A DNA stretch of 64,000 bases from the IMG/VR virus record IMGVR_UViG_3300043446_003193, positions 62,001-126,000 of that record; one strand, given 5' to 3'. This document shows positions 59,124 to 64,000 of the stretch, piece after piece. Numbering within the stretch: the stretch's first letter is position 1; each line of letters begins with the position of its first letter. The position numbers and the translations under genes are program-made. Under the pieces are notes generated by a model. It ran no database searches, was not told where the DNA came from, and worked only from the letters and a program-made list of their open reading frames with translations.

Positions 59124-60728
59124 TTATTTTGTTTTAAGTTCGTCCAATTCTTTTCTTAATTTTTGAACTTCGGACAATAATACAATTGACAATTTTTCAT
59201 AGTCAACATTTCTTACTACTTTATTATCTTCTTCATCTTTCAATATTGCCAATTCTGGATAAACTTCTGCTACATCTTCCGCTATCAAACCTATTTGTGT
59301 TCCTGATTTTAATTCTTTTCCTAAATGACACCATTCATCTTTGTATTGATATGTCACAGGAGTCAATTTCATAAACATACAACTATCGGTATTATATTGA
59401 CAAATAGATTGTTTATATTCACAAGAAGAACCTGCTGCGTAAAATGCTCCGTTTACATATAATTTGTAAGTAGTATTAATATTAGCAGCATTTACAGAAA
59501 CATTACCACATGCTCCCACTAAAAATCTAGGATTACCACTATAATCTTCTCCTTTTATAATTTCATTTGTTGCATTTGAACCCGCTTTAACATATAATCC
59601 TGCAGAATCACCTGTTTTAGTATTATATAATCTAACCAAATAATCACCAATACTACATTGTACATCTAATTTATAAGCAGGACAAACTACACCAATTCCA
59701 ACATGTCCATTATTCATAAAACGAACATTCTCAGTAAATACTGATCCGCAATATTGACCAAAAGTTATGCCACCACACTGTTCACCAGCAGTACCGGTAT
59801 ACATTAAAAATTGACTGTTTCTTATACCAAACCCATATCTATCATTTACCGAACCATTATCATATACAAGAAGTTTACAATCGTTTATTATACTTCCTAA
59901 ACTAACTTGTCCACATGGTGTTATATTGTTTACACCAACATATCCATTACTAGCTAAATGCAATCTTCTTATGCCATTTGATTGAATTGAAAATGGAGTA
60001 GCACCGGTGGTTCCAATTAAACCTTCCGATTCGGTATATGCTCCTAAACTATCAGAACTACTTGCTCTCTGTAGTCTTAATTCAGCATAAGTAGTAGATG
60101 ATCTTTGAAAAAATATAGCCGGTTGATATATACATTGATGGTGTGAATCAAGGTACATAAACATATGTTCACCGGTTGATCTAAAAATTGTTTGGTTTCT
60201 AAGAGTATTTTCAACTGTCAAACCATCTAATGAAGTTGTTGAATATACATGTAGTTTGGATGATGGGGATGTTGTACCCATTCCAATATATCCATTATTT
60301 TTTATACTTAATGCAACACACGCTGTGTTCATTAAAATATTAAAATTATTATCGTACGCTCGTATATAGTGTGAACTTGTAGAATTTTGCAATCTTATTT
60401 CAGGACCAGAACCTCCTGCTTGGCAAATATGCAGCATTTCAGTAGGAGCGTATGTACCAATACCAACATGTCCACCCCAATCAAATGTTACAGCAGCATT
60501 TGCACCATCAACTCCTTCTCTATAAAAAATTAAATTACAATATCCTTGTGAAAAATTTGTACCAGTTGAATATATTGACCAGGTTTGTCCATTAACACTC
60601 GTGTTTTTTAATTGAATTGCCGCATCTCCTACAGCCGAACCTTGTGCTGTAAATCCTAAACCTGGAGTATCCGTTCCTGCTCCTATTTTACCAGAGGCTG
60701 TCCATGTACCATTTACACAATATGCCAT
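59124..60728 (-). CDS. Tail fibre-like protein with degenerate S74-like chaperone
   Basis: GIGTxxP repeats; PVTYQYK...IGLIAEDV...VDYEKLSIVLL; lacks the shared module. Confidence 0.75.
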   Translation of the reverse strand: MAYCVNGTWTASGKIGAGTDTPGLGFTAQGSAVGDAAIQLKNTSVNGQTWSIYSTGTNFSQGYCNLIFYREGVDGANAAVTFDWGGHVGIGTYAPTEMLHICQAGGSGPEIRLQNSTSSHYIRAYDNNFNILMNTACVALSIKNNGYIGMGTTSPSSKLHVYSTTSLDGLTVENTLRNQTIFRSTGEHMFMYLDSHHQCIYQPAIFFQRSSTTYAELRLQRASSSDSLGAYTESEGLIGTTGATPFSIQSNGIRRLHLASNGYVGVNNITPCGQVSLGSIINDCKLLVYDNGSVNDRYGFGIRNSQFLMYTGTAGEQCGGITFGQYCGSVFTENVRFMNNGHVGIGVVCPAYKLDVQCSIGDYLVRLYNTKTGDSAGLYVKAGSNATNEIIKGEDYSGNPRFLVGACGNVSVNAANINTTYKLYVNGAFYAAGSSCEYKQSICQYNTDSCMFMKLTPVTYQYKDEWCHLGKELKSGTQIGLIAEDVAEVYPELAILKDEEDNKVVRNVDYEKLSIVLLSEVQKLRKELDELKTK

Positions 60729-60734
60729 AATCTA

Positions 60735-63700
60735 TTACTTTATTTCTATTAAGTTAAATTTATATTTTTTACAACTTATTTGATTTATAATAAATAAGTC
60801 ATTTTCTCCTTCTTGTATTAACCAACTACCTCTTGTACCATCTACATAATTTGCACATTCATAATTTAAGTTACTCAATCTTAAGTCATTTGTTCCGATT
60901 GTTTTAGCAGTTAAATCACAAGCAAAACAAGCAACACCATTTGATGCTATTCTAAATCTTTCAGTAATAGAACTTGCATTTCCTCCTGTAAAAAATGATA
61001 TTCTTGCGTTTGTTCCTAATGCCGAAACATCCAATTGATCAGCACTTACATTAAATCCATATCTTTGACCATTTGAAGGGCTTTCTCCATAAAGTAATAA
61101 AGAAGGTAAACCAGCAGTACCACTTTGTCCACATATGTGCAATGTAGATAAAGGTAAAGAAGTTCCTATACCAACACAACTCCCACTTTCATAAATTGCA
61201 CTATCATAAAGATGATCACCACCACCTGATTTTGCTATGTAGTTGCAAGTCAAAGTAGTTTCAGTTCCAAAAGTTGCTGCTCTTGGTCCACTCATAATAA
61301 TACCACCACTATATCCTACTCCAGATGGATTTGAGTATAACCAACGATTACATACTGAATCCCAAAGAATTGATCCAGTTACACCTGCAGAACTTCCACT
61401 ATCTTGTACACTTATACCTGCATATCTAACTGCAGGTGTTGAAGTATTTAAAGTTACAATATTTGTTCCAATACTTACTGAACTCGCTGAAATATACTGA
61501 ATAGATGAAGAACCTATTACTATTAAGTCGCCGGTTACATATGTTGAACCACTCATAATAGTAGTTCCTTTGAATGTATTACTTCCGGTTGTTGCTAAAG
61601 AACCAGTTAGTGATTCAATACTATTTAATCTATTTGTTTGTACTAAATCAGTTGTTGCAATAGAAGAACTAAATGTTGAATAGTTATTAGTTAAAGTTAC
61701 ATCAACTTGTGATGAACCAGATACAACACCATTATTTGCGTATATTGAACCACTAAATCCTGTTGAACATATGTTACCGCTAAATTTACCAGTACCTTCA
61801 ACATATAATGTGTATCCGGTATTTGCGTATTCGTTATTAATGTTTACACTTCTGCTGTAAAAATTTGCTATCGTTTGTCCGGCAACAATTGTTCTAATAT
61901 TTGTAGTTTGACTATTATTTGTATCAAAGTATGTATTATTACTCCAACCCAATCCATATCCAGGTTGTATTCTAGCACCTTGTTCTAAATTAGAAAATCC
62001 TCCAATATATAAATCATCCCAAAGATGTGTAGGGTCTCCTAAACTATATGCACTATATGTTACATTAGTTGCAGGTATTACATTTTGATTTAATGAATTT
62101 AAGTAAGATGCAGTTAATGAATTTACTGCGTTTGAAGCAGTTACATATGCTATTGGTGTCCAACTTGCAGTATAAGGTGAACCTGCTGAAACTTGTAAAA
62201 CATATCCTGCATAAGATGAACTAATAGAAGGTAAGTCACCACCTATTGTACCAATTGCCCAACCTGCTGCCGCTTCAGGGAATGTAATTAGAGATGAAGT
62301 GTTATCCGTTAATACAATTGTTTGAGGAATTATTTTCTCGTAATTACTGTCAAATGTTTGGATATTAACAAATCTATCTCCAAAATTATGTTCAAATCTC
62401 CATTCTAAAGAAGATGTAAAACTTTGTTTAACTGTTCTACCATTCACTTCAATTATACCACCAATACCTGCTACCGCGTATCCAGCAACTGGTGTACCAA
62501 ATTCTAAAACTAAAGTATTCACATCAGTTGCAGTAATGGTTTGTGGAAGAACTATTTGTCCGGAATTATTATAAACCGTTACATTTGGATATTGTACATT
62601 TAAATTATGCGTGAATGTCCAAGTTGCTGCAGAGGTAGTTTGTGTATGTATTTTTCCACCTCCAGTTAATCCGGTCAATAGAGAACCATCACCTTTGAAT
62701 GAACCAGTAAATGAACCAGTGAACGGGTCTGTTAAGGTTACAAATTGTGCAGATCCAGATATTAATGTAGGTTTTTCAGTTAATTCAGTAAATGTAATTG
62801 GTGTACCTACTTGTCTATATCTTAAATCTAAAGATGCTGTTGTTTGTTCTGAACCACTAATAATTCCGCCTGGTTTATTTGCAATATTGTCCCAAGTTGT
62901 TTGAGTTATTGAACCGCTTAAAACATATCTATTATCGTATGAAGCGGTCAATTGTGCAGATGAACTTACTAAACCATTTGATGCAGATATTGGGCCCGTT
63001 ACTTGTAAAGTACCATTAACTATTATTTTATTTCCACCCGTTTGAGTAATAATAGAATCGGAAATGTGGTCATCTCCACTTGCTACCGGAAGATATCCAG
63101 TTGTTAAACCAATTTCATTTCCCAAAGAACCCGTATTTTTAGGTCCTGCTATTAATATTGCCGAACTATATGCTGCTCCAGATGGATTTTCGTATATCCA
63201 ATGATTATTTACCGAATCCCACCAAAGAGAACCGGTTCCAGATGTACTTCCAGAATCTTGTACACTTATACCACCAAAACGAACTGCAGGTGTTGCTGTA
63301 TTTAATAAAACCGTATTTGTTCCAATACTTACTGCCGAACCCGTAATATTTTGAATTGATGATGTACCTTGAACAATTAAATTTTCAGTTACATATAAAG
63401 AACCACTCATTATTTGTGTTCCTTTAAATGTATTTGAACCAGTTGTTGCAAATGAAGATTCAATTACATCTAATCTTGTATCAATTGATGCGGATAAAAC
63501 ATTTGTACTTGCTGCACTTGCACTAAATGATGTTGCAACGGAGGAACTAAAGTCTCCAGTAACAGTTGAAACCGAAGCAGATAATGCTGAAATATTTGCA
63601 TTACTTGCACTTATTGATGTTGCAACGGAAGAAGAAAATGATTGTGTAAATGAATTAATAGCAGATAACGAAGTATCAACCGATGCCGATTTTGCTTCCA

Positions 63701-63878
63701 AAGAATTTAATCTCAATGCCTGTGAACCACTATCTGTTGATAATTCATTAAGCCTTTGATTAATTGAAGCGGAAGCAGCTAAAAACGAAGACGATACTGC
63801 TGTATATCTAGGTATTTCTGCTGTTTGTCCGGCTTGCTGTATTAAGGAACCGGTTATAATAGGACTATCTAAAATCAT
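60735..63878 (-). CDS. Large tail fibre-like protein with two copies of the shared module
   Basis: Module at both ends; two WTFTHNL/WRFEHNF repeats; C-terminal WLIQEGENDLFIIN domain. Confidence 0.7.
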   Translation of the reverse strand: MILDSPIITGSLIQQAGQTAEIPRYTAVSSSFLAASASINQRLNELSTDSGSQALRLNSLEAKSASVDTSLSAINSFTQSFSSSVATSISASNANISALSASVSTVTGDFSSSVATSFSASAASTNVLSASIDTRLDVIESSFATTGSNTFKGTQIMSGSLYVTENLIVQGTSSIQNITGSAVSIGTNTVLLNTATPAVRFGGISVQDSGSTSGTGSLWWDSVNNHWIYENPSGAAYSSAILIAGPKNTGSLGNEIGLTTGYLPVASGDDHISDSIITQTGGNKIIVNGTLQVTGPISASNGLVSSSAQLTASYDNRYVLSGSITQTTWDNIANKPGGIISGSEQTTASLDLRYRQVGTPITFTELTEKPTLISGSAQFVTLTDPFTGSFTGSFKGDGSLLTGLTGGGKIHTQTTSAATWTFTHNLNVQYPNVTVYNNSGQIVLPQTITATDVNTLVLEFGTPVAGYAVAGIGGIIEVNGRTVKQSFTSSLEWRFEHNFGDRFVNIQTFDSNYEKIIPQTIVLTDNTSSLITFPEAAAGWAIGTIGGDLPSISSSYAGYVLQVSAGSPYTASWTPIAYVTASNAVNSLTASYLNSLNQNVIPATNVTYSAYSLGDPTHLWDDLYIGGFSNLEQGARIQPGYGLGWSNNTYFDTNNSQTTNIRTIVAGQTIANFYSRSVNINNEYANTGYTLYVEGTGKFSGNICSTGFSGSIYANNGVVSGSSQVDVTLTNNYSTFSSSIATTDLVQTNRLNSIESLTGSLATTGSNTFKGTTIMSGSTYVTGDLIVIGSSSIQYISASSVSIGTNIVTLNTSTPAVRYAGISVQDSGSSAGVTGSILWDSVCNRWLYSNPSGVGYSGGIIMSGPRAATFGTETTLTCNYIAKSGGGDHLYDSAIYESGSCVGIGTSLPLSTLHICGQSGTAGLPSLLLYGESPSNGQRYGFNVSADQLDVSALGTNARISFFTGGNASSITERFRIASNGVACFACDLTAKTIGTNDLRLSNLNYECANYVDGTRGSWLIQEGENDLFIINQISCKKYKFNLIEIK

Positions 63879-63912
63879 TTCTCCGTTTTATTTAAGTATA
63901 AATATCTTTATG

Positions 63913-63999
63913 TTATGGTTTTGGGTATTTTGCTTTTACTTCTAAACATTTTTGTATATAAGCATCAATTTGTTCTTGATCTCCTTTTACAATCCCATC
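63913..63999 (-). CDS. 3' end of a CDS running off the window (...DGIVKGDQEQIDAYIQKCLEVKAKYPKP)
   Basis: Translated by hand; VKAKYPKP endings are typical of small fibre-associated phage proteins. Confidence 0.65.
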   Translation of the reverse strand, partial: DGIVKGDQEQIDAYIQKCLEVKAKYPKP

Positions 64000-64000
64000 T

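Larger units (their letters stand above)
39190..63460 (-). repeat. Dispersed ~420 nt fibre module, 8 copies
   Basis: Approximate copies: 39190-39610, 41510-41930, 43995-44410, 47960-48375, 55005-55425, 58360-58780, 61195-61605, 63050-63460. Confidence 0.85.
24093..63904 (-). promoter_or_regulatory. Recurrent late-promoter-like motif, coding-strand TATTTATA
   Basis: Plus-strand TATAAATA at 24093, 33003, 34675, 36972, 37543, 42281, 49052, 55892, 59114 and 63897 (variant TATAAGTA at 45627), each 5-40 nt upstream of a start codon. Confidence 0.7.

Noticed and set aside
1393-63346. Numerous plus-strand ORFs of 60-155 aa in the ORF track
   Set aside because: All lie antisense to long minus-strand genes, have no recognisable motifs, and have shadow-like composition.
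37591-63878. Diversity-generating retroelement acting on fibre tips
   Set aside because: No reverse transcriptase and no template/variable repeat pair differing only at adenines; the repeats are in-frame N-terminal or central modules.
63913-63999. Apparent frameshift in the terminal partial ORF
   Set aside because: Recounting the A-run (five) gives an intact frame ending ...QKCLEVKAKYPKP-stop.
1-64000. Stop-codon reassignment as seen in some large Bacteroidota phages
   Set aside because: Long genes are intact in the standard code, TAG ends genes at sensible positions (9427, 49833), and coding density is already very high.
1-64000. tRNA genes, introns, inteins or homing endonucleases
   Set aside because: Intergenic gaps are too short or AT-rich for cloverleafs; PolB, RNR, helicase and RecA are of normal length with no insertion motifs.

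Overview
A 64 kb segment of a large, AT-rich myovirus-like (contractile-tailed, probably jumbo) phage genome. All credible genes lie on the minus strand, many with TAATG stop/start overlaps; the plus-strand ORFs in the track are antisense shadows. About 1-25.4 kb is a T4-like replication/recombination module: Cas4/RecB-like nuclease, clamp loader, dUTPase, family B polymerase, sliding clamp, thioredoxin, class II RNR, DnaB-like helicase, GroES, 5'-3' exonuclease, RecA, gp32-like SSB and a second, degenerate family A polymerase. Embedded in it are three paralogous amino-methyltransferases and a promoter-bounded, overlapping AsnB-like amidotransferase / GNAT / methyltransferase unit, the best candidate here for an undescribed DNA-modification system. 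About 25.4-37 kb is the baseplate, tape measure, tail chaperone, tube and sheath module, with a hairpin plus U7 frameshift/slippage candidate in the chaperone. About 37.5-64 kb is an array of fibre-like proteins: seven paralogues share a ~140 aa module (8 copies) and most are unusually Cys-rich. The array is interrupted by a four-gene glycosyltransferase/methyltransferase cassette and a pair of fibrinogen-like lectin genes. Eight TTTG-N19/20-TAnnTT promoters match the Bacteroidota sigma consensus and suggest that host phylum. A second motif (coding-strand TATTTATA) marks structural genes. No tRNA, CRISPR array, integrase or reverse transcriptase was seen. All product calls come from motif recognition by eye, with no database searches.
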